DNA of 64,000 bases, taken from NCBI GenBank assembly GCA_963769935.1, contig CAVYNY010000011.1, positions 288,001 through 352,000 on the forward strand. The letters run 5' to 3'. Under the pieces are notes generated by a model, which was given only the letters and a program-made list of their open reading frames with translations, did not search any database and was not told where the DNA came from. Both the position numbers and the translations under genes were made by a program. The first letter of the stretch is position 1; each line of letters starts with the position of its first letter. Below are positions 10,062-19,551 of this stretch, one piece after another. The stretch is from an uncultured delta proteobacterium (lineage in GTDB: Bacteria > Desulfobacterota > Desulfobacteria > Desulfobacterales > JAFDCJ01).

Positions 10062-11411
10062 ATGAAACATATCGGCAAATACCAAATCCGCGGCCTGCTC
10101 GGGCGCGGCCGCATGGGTAAAATCTTCAAAGTCCAACATCCGCTGATCGGAAAAATTTTCGCCCTGAAGCTGCTGGATCCCGATCCGCTGCTCGTCGAGT
10201 TGATGGGCCGGGATAAAATTAGAGCCATGTTTAAGACCGAAGCCGTTACCATTGCCGCATTGCGACACCCGAATATTGTTGAAATACTGGACTATGATGA
10301 ATCCGAGGACAAACCATTTTATTTGATGGAATACTACGTGAACAATCTCGGAACCATGATGGGCGAAACCTTTCGCATAGAGCAGGCTTCCCGCACCCTC
10401 ACAGTCGAAAAAGCGATTCGCTACATATCTCAAACCCTGAATGCGCTGAAATGCATGCATCAGGCCGGTATTATTCACCGCGATATCAAACCCCACAACC
10501 TGTTGCTGACGGATCACGATACTGTTAAGGTTTGTGACTTCGGGCTGTCAAAATTAAGAGGCGAAAATTTCGACGGTCCTTCCTCGCTGAAGTTCGGTTC
10601 GGCCTGGTATGCCCCGCCGGAACAGGAAGAAGATCCCAACCGTGTCGATGCCAGTGCCGATCTGTATGCGGTCGGCATCACCATTTATCGAATGCTGACA
10701 GGGGTTTTACCGGAAGATAAGTACCTGCCGGTCGGCCGCTTCAATGCCGACCTGGATGGGAGCTGGGATGATTTTATCCGCAAGGCAATTGCCCGCCGTC
10801 CCCCAAAGCGGTATCTCAGCGCTGCCGAAATGCTCACGGATCTGCAGCTGCTGGCGACGGCCTGGCAAGCAAAAAAAGAGCAGATCTGCCTTCTGCCGCA
10901 AACGGCGAAAGCCGGCAGGGCCGCCCCGGCAGCAGCCCGCCCCGGCCTTCGCAGCAGCTGTATTAAAGTCAGCCCCCGCGATGCAAAAAAGACATTTGCC
11001 TTGGACGATCTCTGGCGGCCCGTACAATTTTTGCCAAACGACTTTGAGATCAATTCCGATGAAACGATCACCGATCGCGCAACCGGCCTGGTCTGGCAGC
11101 AGTCGGGGTCCGAATTCCCCATGACCTGGCCCCAGGCAATCCTTTACATGAAAACGCTCAATTCACCACGTTTTGCCGCCGGCAGCAGGTGGCGCCTGCC
11201 GACAATCGATGAATTGACAACGCTGCTTACCGATTTTCCCCACGGCGAAGACTACTGTATTGAACCCATCTTCGACCGGACGCAGAAATCAATCTGGAGC
11301 TGCGACCGGCGATCCTTTAACGCAGCCTGGTATGTCAGCCTTGATTTGGGGTATGTGGCCTGGCAGGATTTTACCGGCTACTACCATGTGCGGGCCGTAC
11401 GCCGTATTTAG
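10062..11411 (+). CDS. Hanks-type Ser/Thr protein kinase with C-terminal DUF1566 (Lcl-like) domain
   Basis: GRGRMG, ALK, HRDIKPHN, DFG and YAPPEQ; C-terminal TITDRATGLVWQ...WRLPTIDEL...VRAVR. Confidence 0.9.
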   Translation: MKHIGKYQIRGLLGRGRMGKIFKVQHPLIGKIFALKLLDPDPLLVELMGRDKIRAMFKTEAVTIAALRHPNIVEILDYDESEDKPFYLMEYYVNNLGTMMGETFRIEQASRTLTVEKAIRYISQTLNALKCMHQAGIIHRDIKPHNLLLTDHDTVKVCDFGLSKLRGENFDGPSSLKFGSAWYAPPEQEEDPNRVDASADLYAVGITIYRMLTGVLPEDKYLPVGRFNADLDGSWDDFIRKAIARRPPKRYLSAAEMLTDLQLLATAWQAKKEQICLLPQTAKAGRAAPAAARPGLRSSCIKVSPRDAKKTFALDDLWRPVQFLPNDFEINSDETITDRATGLVWQQSGSEFPMTWPQAILYMKTLNSPRFAAGSRWRLPTIDELTTLLTDFPHGEDYCIEPIFDRTQKSIWSCDRRSFNAAWYVSLDLGYVAWQDFTGYYHVRAVRRI

Positions 11412-11480
11412 TCCTTCGGGCCTACATGCAATATTATTTCGTTAAGAATGAATTATTTGCATTTTATGGCAAAATATTTC

Positions 11481-11554
11481 TGCCACCAAGACACAAAGAC
11501 ACCAAGGATTATTCAAACAGAATTCTTTCTTAGTGCCTTAGTGTCTTTGTGGCA
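11481..11554. repeat. Inverted short tandem arrays (CACCAAGA-like / TCTTAGTG-like)
   Basis: TGCCACCAAGACACAAAGACACCAAG ... CTTAGTGCCTTAGTGTCTTTGTGGCA can form a long imperfect hairpin. Confidence 0.7.
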
Positions 11555-11804
11555 ACAGCAGATAAGATAGATCCGCCGGAGGCGGACCGCAGATATTCAA
11601 TCTTCCATCTTCAATTTTCAATGAAGCTGGCCTGTTTGCCGATGTGCTGACGCCCTTTGCCCGAAACTCTGACATTTTCGAATATCCTGCCGGTTTCGGC
11701 GCTTGCTCAATGAAGGTTAAGAAACTGAATTTGTTAAGAATTTTATATTTCAAATACCTTGGCATAGCTATTGCAAAATTCGGCCACTGGATTTTATTCT
11801 GATC

Positions 11805-12054
11805 TTGAAAACATGGTTCTATGGCCAAGTAAGAGAAGATTGGCTGTGCGGTAAACATGTGCCTTGGAATGATGGGACACTGGAGTGTTGGAATACTGGG
11901 TTGGGCGGAATGAGATCTGTTTTTATATGGAGGCACGGATCAGAAAATAAAATCAGACCATCATCCGCTTTTGTTTCCCAATATTCCATTTTTCTCTACG
12001 AGCCGGAAGCTGGGGTGAAGTCAAAGCCTGGCCCTCTAAACTATGATTCTTTAC
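11805..12054 (+). repeat. Dispersed repeat family A, copy 1
   Basis: TTGAAAAC...GTTGGAATACTG...TTTTTATATG...AAAATCAG...TGGGGTGAA...GATTCTT shared with 54165-54486 and 57484-57774. Confidence 0.85.
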
Positions 12055-12082
12055 TACCCACATGCTTCCGGAAGGGATCGAT

Positions 12083-13159
12083 ATGAATATAAAAAATGCT
12101 TGGGGTGTGATTGTATTAACGGTCATACTATGGGTTATCAGCATATCCGGATTCGCCCAAACGGAAAATGAACCCAACCTTACCAGGTATTCGCCCCATG
12201 CACCCGCCATGAATGACGGCAAGCGCTTTTTGGAGCTGCTGGAGTACAAACTGACCGTCAGTCAAGACCCAGCCCAAAGCCGATCCGGCCCGCCGAACAA
12301 CTCGCCGGCGGGTTCATCGGAAAACCCCACCGCCGCGGGCCCTGCCTCGCATGGGGGCTATACCAGGAAACGCCTGCACGAAAACAATTTTGGCTTCTCA
12401 TTTGAACTGCCGGATTACTGGCTATGGGACCCGTTGCCGGATAATTGCGGCTACCTGCTGTCGGGTCCGGGGGGCACCGAGGAAAATGAAGTGATCATCG
12501 TCGTGCAGGCCGTGAAAAAAGCCGCCAACCCGGGCAGCTCGGTCGTAAAACAGCTGCAGGAAGCCAAGGCCCAAATCCAGGGAATTCCCGGAGCTGAAAT
12601 CCGCTCCGAAGATGTCGTCGCCGTCTCAGGCCGGCAGGTTCCCTTCTTTTTGGCGCTTTATCCCGGGCTAACGGCCGGTCATGAGCCGGCCACCTTTGCC
12701 CACGTCCAGCTGGCTGTGGAAAACGAGCTTTGCTATATCTGGATTTCATATGCGGCGCCCAGCCGGTATTTCCAGAAATACCAGGACGTGTTTGCCAACC
12801 TGCTGACAAGCTTTCAAATCGCCGCAGCCGGCGGGCAAAGCCGGAGCAGGGCGTCGTCGGTGCCGGGGAACACCGAGGGCCGGATAACGGTGCAGGCATT
12901 TAATGCCGGCAGCGGCAGCCTGTCGGCCCCACGGGTAAAGATCAGAGCGCAGGGATTCGGCAGCGGTGCCAAACAGCTGAAGCTGTTTGCGGTTTCAGCG
13001 GACGGCAAACTTAAGGAATTGCAGTCCGCACCGTGTGCGAACGGGGCTACCGTCGACTTTAATGCCGTTTACAATCTCCTGGAAACCAAATCCTTCGAGC
13101 TGCGCCTGTATGACGCGCAGGGGAAGGTGATTGCCCGTCTGCAGCGCGACAACGCCTGA
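12083..13159 (+). CDS. Hypothetical secreted protein, possible PsbP/DcrB-like central domain
   Basis: N-terminal signal peptide, P/S-rich linker and a GFSFELPDYW...FQKYQDVFANLLTSFQI pattern. Confidence 0.6.
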   Translation: MNIKNAWGVIVLTVILWVISISGFAQTENEPNLTRYSPHAPAMNDGKRFLELLEYKLTVSQDPAQSRSGPPNNSPAGSSENPTAAGPASHGGYTRKRLHENNFGFSFELPDYWLWDPLPDNCGYLLSGPGGTEENEVIIVVQAVKKAANPGSSVVKQLQEAKAQIQGIPGAEIRSEDVVAVSGRQVPFFLALYPGLTAGHEPATFAHVQLAVENELCYIWISYAAPSRYFQKYQDVFANLLTSFQIAAAGGQSRSRASSVPGNTEGRITVQAFNAGSGSLSAPRVKIRAQGFGSGAKQLKLFAVSADGKLKELQSAPCANGATVDFNAVYNLLETKSFELRLYDAQGKVIARLQRDNA

Positions 13160-13470
13160 TCAATATGAGCCGGTTCCGAGCAGCGGTTCGCGAATCGGCC
13201 GTCAAACCGACCGCTTCATCCCTTTCAAGCCCGCCGGTCAACTGGCCGGGAATGAATCGCCGGACGTCCGGACGCCAAAGGTCCTTGCGCAAGCCGGCAG
13301 GGTGGCTTAAATTGGAGTTATCACCAACGGCTGCGATGATTCGCGGCTGCCGGATAAGAGATTGCAATTTTTAAAGCATGCAGCTTGTGAGCAAATCGAA
13401 ATCAATTCCCCAACATCCGGAAATCCGAATTCAGGCTTGTCCGGATGATGCTGCTGAGACAGGCAAAAGG

Positions 13471-14619
13471 ATGAGTGCGGCCAAAAGAACCGGAATCGTG
13501 CGGGACCCGCGGTACGCTGACCACTGCACGGGTCCCGACTGCCCGGAAAGCTCCGACCGGGTGAGGGTGCTCTACGCCATGCTGCAGGAGCCCGACATGC
13601 GGGGAAATTTTCAGGACATCACGCCCAGACGTGCTGAAAAGGAAGAGCTGCTCATGGTCCATTCTCCTGAATACATCCGGTGCCTGGAAGATACCCGGGG
13701 CAGGGACTGCACGTATCTGGACCCGGACACGCAGGCCTCGTCCTTTTCGCATGAGGCGGCCCTGCTGGCCGCCGGCGGACTGTGCCGGGCGATCGAACTG
13801 GTCCAGACCGGGGAATTGGACAACGCCATGGCCTTGGTCCGGCCGCCCGGGCACCACGCCGAGAGATCCAAGGCCATGGGTTTTTGTCTTTACAACAACG
13901 TTGCGGTCGGGGTTCGCTACGCTCAGCGCCGTTTGGGCTTTGGCCGCATTCTGGTGGTGGACTGGGATCTGCATCACGGCAACGGCACCCAGCACTGCTT
14001 TGAGGACGACCCGTCCGTGCTGTTTTTTTCGATTCACCAGTCTGCCTCCTATCCCGGCAGCGGAAGGTTCGGGGAATCCGGTAAGGGGCGGGGCAAGGGG
14101 CGAACGGTCAATATACCGCTGCGGCCCGGCTGCGGAGACGCTGAATACGTCGGCATCCTTGAAAGAATCCTGCGGCCCGTCGCCTTGGAGTTCGGACCGG
14201 AGCTGATTCTGGTCAGTGCCGGTTTCGACATCCACCACAACGACCCTCTCGGGGGCATGCGTGTGACGTCGAAAGGCTTTGCCGGGCTGACCCGCTCCGT
14301 CCTCATCACGGCCGATCAATGCTGTGGGGGCAAGGTGATCATGACCCTTGAAGGCGGATACGACCTCCAGGCGCTCAAGGATTCGGTCAAAGCGGTCCTG
14401 CGGGAATTGGCCGGTTTGCAGGCAACCGATATCGATAATATCACAGCCGGGGTCGACGCCAAAATGCTGGCCTACCTGCTGTGGCGGATCCGGCGCAGCC
14501 ACGGAGGGTACTGGAAGTCTCTTGAAGCCGCGGCAAGGAACGGTTCAATCCCGGAACCAACCATTTTAGAGCGTTTGAGAGAAAATGCGCTGCGCATTAT
14601 GAACTACTTTAAGAGTTGA
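13471..14619 (+). CDS. Histone deacetylase family protein
   Basis: RPPGHHA, GFCLYNN, DWDLHHGNGTQ, SAGFD and LEGGY motifs. Confidence 0.94.
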   Translation: MSAAKRTGIVRDPRYADHCTGPDCPESSDRVRVLYAMLQEPDMRGNFQDITPRRAEKEELLMVHSPEYIRCLEDTRGRDCTYLDPDTQASSFSHEAALLAAGGLCRAIELVQTGELDNAMALVRPPGHHAERSKAMGFCLYNNVAVGVRYAQRRLGFGRILVVDWDLHHGNGTQHCFEDDPSVLFFSIHQSASYPGSGRFGESGKGRGKGRTVNIPLRPGCGDAEYVGILERILRPVALEFGPELILVSAGFDIHHNDPLGGMRVTSKGFAGLTRSVLITADQCCGGKVIMTLEGGYDLQALKDSVKAVLRELAGLQATDIDNITAGVDAKMLAYLLWRIRRSHGGYWKSLEAAARNGSIPEPTILERLRENALRIMNYFKS

Positions 14620-14689
14620 CAGACACTGGCGTATCAGATTCCGGCGGGCCTTCTGATTATATGGTTCCGGTTTCAGGGTCGGTGTGAAT

Positions 14690-14933
14690 CGAAATCACAA
14701 ATTACAAAATCCAAATTACAAATAAATTACAATGAACAAAATTCAAAATTCCAAACCTTACAGCATAAGTACTGGTCTTCGCATCAGATAAGATAGCGAT
14801 CATTTATTGCGAAAGCCCGGAATTTATAATATCTCAATGAAACCAGCTGAATTTTCTCCGGTTTACCGGTTTCGGCTATTGATGATTGTGATTTGAGATT
14901 TATTTATTATTTGGTGCTTGAAGTTTGAGATTT
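14690..14933. repeat. Inverted AT-rich short tandem arrays
   Basis: AAATCACAAATTACAAAATCCAAATTACAAA... at left and TTGTGATTTGAGATTT...TTTGAGATTT at right. Confidence 0.6.
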
Positions 14934-14998
14934 ATCGCCTGCAGGCTGTAGTACATTGTGAATCAGTCATTTGACATTCGAAATTCGACATTTTAAAA

Positions 14999-15610
14999 AT
15001 GGCTCCCTTCAGAGATTCCATACGGCGGATCGCCCGGGGCATGCAGTCCTGCGAGGAGTGGCTCGAATTGATCAGGGACCTGGACGCGTCCGTCCTTCCC
15101 GGCGAGGTACCCGCCGGTCTTCACATGCGCTGGGCCCATAACGGGGATCTGTTTGCCATCAATGCGCTGGAAGGATTCGTGAAAGAGACCGAATTCATGG
15201 AGGAATCCCTCCGCAAAGGGGATCGCTGTCTTCTGCTGGAGGATGAAACAGGGATCTGCGCCTTTGCCTGGGTCACTTTCCGGGACTTCAAACTGGCCCT
15301 CTGGTACACGCTGGAACTTCCCCCCGGCTGGTCATACCTGGTCTATATTTTCGTGCACCCGGCCCGCGCCCGGCAGGGCGTTGGCTCCCATTTGCTGGGG
15401 TCATTGATGGCGTCCCTGCGCGAGATGGGCTGCCGGCGGATCGTCTCGGGCATGTACAGCAACTGGGGGGCTTCTATCCGGCTGCATAAAAAAATGGGCT
15501 TTCGCATCCACCGCCGGCTGGCCCAGTGTAAAATTCTGAACATCTTTCCCACGCCGCCCCGGGAAGCAGCCGGGGATGCGGATAACGCCGATCCTTCGCA
15601 GGTTGAATGA
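14999..15610 (+). CDS. GNAT family N-acetyltransferase
   Basis: IFVHPARARQGVGSHL (acetyl-CoA motif A) and N.ASIRLHKKMGF. Confidence 0.85.
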   Translation: MAPFRDSIRRIARGMQSCEEWLELIRDLDASVLPGEVPAGLHMRWAHNGDLFAINALEGFVKETEFMEESLRKGDRCLLLEDETGICAFAWVTFRDFKLALWYTLELPPGWSYLVYIFVHPARARQGVGSHLLGSLMASLREMGCRRIVSGMYSNWGASIRLHKKMGFRIHRRLAQCKILNIFPTPPREAAGDADNADPSQVE

Positions 15611-15666
15611 AGGCCCCGGAATTTCTGCAGGTATTACAGCATTCCAATTGAGACTAAATTGTATGA

Positions 15667-15906
15667 TCAACCGGCGTCCGTCTCTGCGGCGGCATAGCCC
15701 TCGGGAGTTAGAAATGCGCTGGTTTTGAGCACGTTCATATCAACCAATCCGCATTGATACAGCGATTTCAGCGCCTGCAAGGAAGCGCTGGGAGCCTGGT
15801 CAAGGGCGGCAACGATGTCGCTGATGTCCATGATACCCGGCGGTCCGCTATGGTTCCACTCCTTGGCCAACAGCAGTAAAACCAGCTGTTCCTCTGATGT
15901 CGGCAT
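15667..15906 (-). CDS. Small hypothetical protein, winged-helix-like
   Basis: AAGGAGG RBS; ALKSLYQCGLV...FLTPEG resembles a wHTH wing. Confidence 0.6.
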   Translation of the reverse strand: MPTSEEQLVLLLLAKEWNHSGPPGIMDISDIVAALDQAPSASLQALKSLYQCGLVDMNVLKTSAFLTPEGYAAAETDAG

Positions 15907-15920
15907 GGCGTACCTCCTTT

Positions 15921-16442
15921 TCAGGTAAGGGCCGCGACCAATTCCCGGCAGTAGTCCGGGATATCGGCCACCACGCGTCCCCACACCAAGTTGCCCTCTC
16001 GAAAGGCCGGTTCGTCAACCCATATCGCGCCGGCATTTTCCATGTCATCTTTGATACCCGTGCTGCCGGTTGCCCGTTTGCCTTTACAAATGGCCGCGCT
16101 GGCCGCCACCCAACCCGCGTGACAGATAAATCCCAGGATTTTGCCCTGGGCATTCATATTTTGCACCAGCTGAATAATGTTTCTATCCCGGCGGAGCTTG
16201 TCCGGAGCCCAGCCGCCGGGCACCAGCAGCGCATCCAGCTCGTCGGCGGTGATCCGGCCGGCCGAAATCTGAGTTTCGGCAGTCAGGCCGCCGCTTTTGC
16301 TGGTATGGATTTCACCGGCCTTGGTTCCAATGACCTTGACATCGGCGCCCTCTTCCTGCATGCGCATATACGGTACCCAGAATTCCAGGTCCTCATATCC
16401 GGGTCCGACGAGAATACCGATGGTTTTACCTTTAAGCCGCAT
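15921..16442 (-). CDS. PfpI/DJ-1 family protein (type 1 glutamine amidotransferase-like)
   Basis: GYEDLE, VPGGWAPDKLR and ICHAG motifs; AAGGAGG RBS. Confidence 0.92.
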   Translation of the reverse strand: MRLKGKTIGILVGPGYEDLEFWVPYMRMQEEGADVKVIGTKAGEIHTSKSGGLTAETQISAGRITADELDALLVPGGWAPDKLRRDRNIIQLVQNMNAQGKILGFICHAGWVAASAAICKGKRATGSTGIKDDMENAGAIWVDEPAFREGNLVWGRVVADIPDYCRELVAALT

Positions 16443-16548
16443 ACGTACCTCCTTTTGCCATCATGAATGGTCTATTTTGCAGGGCAGTTTAATTAGCAGT
16501 AATTCGATTCTGTTTCAGACCGGCATCTCATATCAATGGGCAATGGGG

Positions 16549-17716
16549 TCACCGTGAAATCAGCCGGGATATGCCGGCGCGAAACGTTTCTACGGGGGTC
16601 AGCAGGCTGACGACCACCAAGCCCTCTTTATTAAATTCATAAAAATACCCTGGATGAACCAACGTGTGGTCACGCTCCAACAGCTGTAGAATGCGGTCTT
16701 CTTCGGAAACCGCGTCAAAAATTTCAATAATGGCATACCAGCCGCCTTCCCGCAGCAACGCACGGCAGTTGGAGCTGCGGGTGATTCGCTCAACTAAAAA
16801 CCGCTGGTTGTCGGTGAGGCGGGCTGAGATTTGTCGCTGCATCTCCCGGCGATGACCCAGCAGCCTTGCGGCCGCGTGCTGGACGGGGGTTGCCACGGAA
16901 AGATAAAAATCCAGCAGTATTTCCAGGCGGTCCTGGGCGGCTTCAGCCAGGCCGGGCTCGCCGCCGATGACAATCCAGCTTAATTTCACCTGGGGCAACC
17001 CCAGCATTTTAGAAAAGCCGTTCAAGACGAAGGTCAGCGCCTGGGCGCGGTTCACGACAGTTGGGACCTCCGGCGGCCTTTCGACCCCATAATAGTCGGA
17101 AAATACTTCGTCGACAATCAGCGCCAGGCGATGGCGGCGGCAAATCCGATCGAGAGCTGCCAGTTCCTGCTGCTTTAAGTAGTTGCCGGTTGGATTGTTG
17201 GGATTGACCACGACAATCGCCCGGCACTTGGGGGTGATGAGCGCCTCCAGCACATCCAGGTCGATCGACCATCCCTGCACGTCGTCGTAGCGCAGCGGAT
17301 AGGAGAAGGGCTGCAAACTTTCAAAACGCGCCAGGTAAGAGATCAAGGGATATCCGGGCCGGGGAATAAGAACTTCGTCGCCGGGGTTTCCCAGCAGTTT
17401 GAAGATAATTGAATACGCTTCGCTGGTGCCGGACGTCAAAAAGACGGCCTCACTGTCAATGGGGACTCCCCGATCAAGGTAGTACTGGGCAATCGCCCGG
17501 CGGGCTTTTAACAAACCGCGCGGCTCGGGCTCATAGGTCATGGCGTCCGCCTGCGCCAGAGCTGCCAGAATATCAACCGCATCATAGTCCAATCCGGCCT
17601 GCGTCGGATTGGACTGCGTCAAATCAAAAATTGTTTCTCCCTTTGATTTTTTGTCCTGGAGAATCAGGCTCAGACGCATTGGGGCTCAGATCCCAATCGA
17701 AACGATCTGAAAACAT
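16549..17716 (-). CDS. PLP-dependent aminotransferase class I/II (one-base frameshift near 17677)
   Basis: NPNNPTG, DEVF and NGFSKMLG motifs. The likely N-terminus MFSDRFDWDLSPN lies in an adjacent frame starting at 17716. Confidence 0.85.
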
Positions 17717-17834
17717 AATATCCAGCCTGGTCTTAGGCATAGGTCGATTCGTTTAATTGCTTCGCTGAAAGCCATGCGTACAACGGCCGGATGATTTAAT
17801 CAATAAAATTTGTGATTCCCTTCACCGGGCTCGG

Positions 17835-18428
17835 TCAGGTGCGCTTGCTCCGCCTGGGTTTACTTTTCCTGCGCACGGAAAAACCGAAGGTGCCCAGCAG
17901 GCGGCCCAGGGCAAAATAGCGGCCGTGGGCAAAGCAGATGGGGTCGGCGTGGGAAAACTGGAAGGCGCCGCTGCGCGGATGGATCAGGCTCTCTTCGGCG
18001 TTGACGGCCACCACCTCGGAGATGAACATGTCGTGGCTGCCCAGGGGCAGGATCTGACGCACCCGGCATTCGATGTTCAGGGGCGACTCGCCGATAAGCG
18101 GCGCACGGACCTTCTGGGCTTCAAGTGGAGTCAGACCCAACTCTTTGAACTTGTCCACCTGACGGCCCGATTTGACCCCGCACCAGTCGGTGGCAAAAGC
18201 CAGCCCGCGGGTGGTGAGATTGATGACATACTCGCCGCTCTTTTGAATCAGCCCGTAGGAGTAGCGTTCCGGGCGCACCGAGATATAGCACATGGGCGGG
18301 TCGCTGCACAGGGTGCCGGTCCAGGCGATGGTGATGATGTTGAAGCCCTCCTGGGCATTGCCGCAGGTAACCAGCACGGCCGGCAGCGGATAGAGCATGG
18401 TTCCGGGCTTGAAAACGCGTTTGGTCAT
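17835..18428 (-). CDS. Flavin reductase family protein (flavoredoxin-like)
   Basis: YPLPAVLVT, CGVKSGR.VDKF, ESPLNIEC and LGSHDMFI motifs. Confidence 0.9.
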   Translation of the reverse strand: MTKRVFKPGTMLYPLPAVLVTCGNAQEGFNIITIAWTGTLCSDPPMCYISVRPERYSYGLIQKSGEYVINLTTRGLAFATDWCGVKSGRQVDKFKELGLTPLEAQKVRAPLIGESPLNIECRVRQILPLGSHDMFISEVVAVNAEESLIHPRSGAFQFSHADPICFAHGRYFALGRLLGTFGFSVRRKSKPRRSKRT

Positions 18429-18560
18429 GGCGGCCTCGCTTTGCTAATGCGGCAATAGTTATTTATACAATGAATGGATTCGTTTATATTTTCTGTTTCT
18501 TGAATAGGATCTATCAGGCTACGCTAAAGCTGCGATCCGGCCGACGCAATATCAAAGTCT

Positions 18561-19535
18561 TCAGTCGGCAGTTGCCAACGGCCGGAAGGACCAGGTGCCC
18601 CTGAGCAGCGGCAGCAGGCCCGATATTCGGAAATAAATCGGATGCGCGGAAAGCGCCTTGCCTCCCCAGCCCGGAGGGAATCGATACAACAGCTGAATTT
18701 GCCTGTGCTGGCCAGGACCCAGCGGTTCGCCGGAAGCTTTGCAGCAAAAATACAAAAGCTCCGCTTTACGTCCCTGGTCGTCTGCGAGATCGAAAAACCG
18801 CTGCGTTAAATCGAGCAGGATCGGCTGCGCGCTGGTATTGTTCAAAGCGACCATGATGTTGAACGCGTTGTAGTCATGGGAAATCCGGCCGAAAGCCACA
18901 CGTTCCAGGGTCACCACATCCCCGCGATCCTGCGGAAAGGAGGATGCCGGGTCCAGCGAATATTCGGTCCTCTCGATCGCGTTGGGCGGGAAAACCAGAA
19001 TGCTCACGAAATTTGACAACGCTTCTTTTTGCGTGGACGCTTCCTGAGCGATGCCGATGAAGCGGCGAACCGGAGGGTAGAACAAAACGGCCAGGATGAC
19101 CAGCACCGAGGCGGTCGCAGCGACCAGAACGGCGCCGAGCCGCCGAGGCGTCCGGCCCAGGTTTGCGGCGATCTCCGCTGCGGCATTGCCTTGCGGCTCG
19201 AAGATCGTCACCCCTTTGAGGTAGGCAGGGATCGTCTCCATATCCGTGGGCTCGAGCAGCACCGGCAGGACATGCTTCTTGGGGGATGTCCATTTCTCAC
19301 GGGCCAGTCTGAGCTCGCTGAGGCTGTATGCGCCTTGCCGCACGGAGTCCGGCGAGATCAGGAACACGAAAAGGTCGGCTTCTGCGATGCGCGTTCGAAT
19401 CACGGCGTTGAAGTCTTCGCCTCCGGAGAGGTCCGCCTTGTCAAAGAACACCTCATGGCCTTCAGACCGCAGGGCCAGAGCTATTTCTTCGGCCTTCGTG
19501 CGGTTTGTAAAGGAATAAGAAAGAAAAATTTTCAT
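18561..19535 (-). CDS. TIR domain protein with single transmembrane helix and C-terminal extracytoplasmic domain (copy 1)
   Basis: KIFLSYS...VFFD...LSGGEDF...FLISP...YSLSEL...VLPVLL (TIR_2-like), followed by the hydrophobic segment VLVAATASVLVILAVLFY. Confidence 0.88.
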   Translation of the reverse strand: MKIFLSYSFTNRTKAEEIALALRSEGHEVFFDKADLSGGEDFNAVIRTRIAEADLFVFLISPDSVRQGAYSLSELRLAREKWTSPKKHVLPVLLEPTDMETIPAYLKGVTIFEPQGNAAAEIAANLGRTPRRLGAVLVAATASVLVILAVLFYPPVRRFIGIAQEASTQKEALSNFVSILVFPPNAIERTEYSLDPASSFPQDRGDVVTLERVAFGRISHDYNAFNIMVALNNTSAQPILLDLTQRFFDLADDQGRKAELLYFCCKASGEPLGPGQHRQIQLLYRFPPGWGGKALSAHPIYFRISGLLPLLRGTWSFRPLATAD

Positions 19536-19551
19536 AAGAGAACGTCGCCTA

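Noticed and set aside
11538..11936. Small ORFs within family A repeats (also 11805-12086, 54220-54450, 57473-57718)
   Set aside because: Frames are not conserved among the three copies, and the peptides are translations of oligomer repeats.
13190..13350. c-di-GMP riboswitch-like GGACGCCAAAG
   Set aside because: Only a partial word match; the flanking stems of the motif could not be built.
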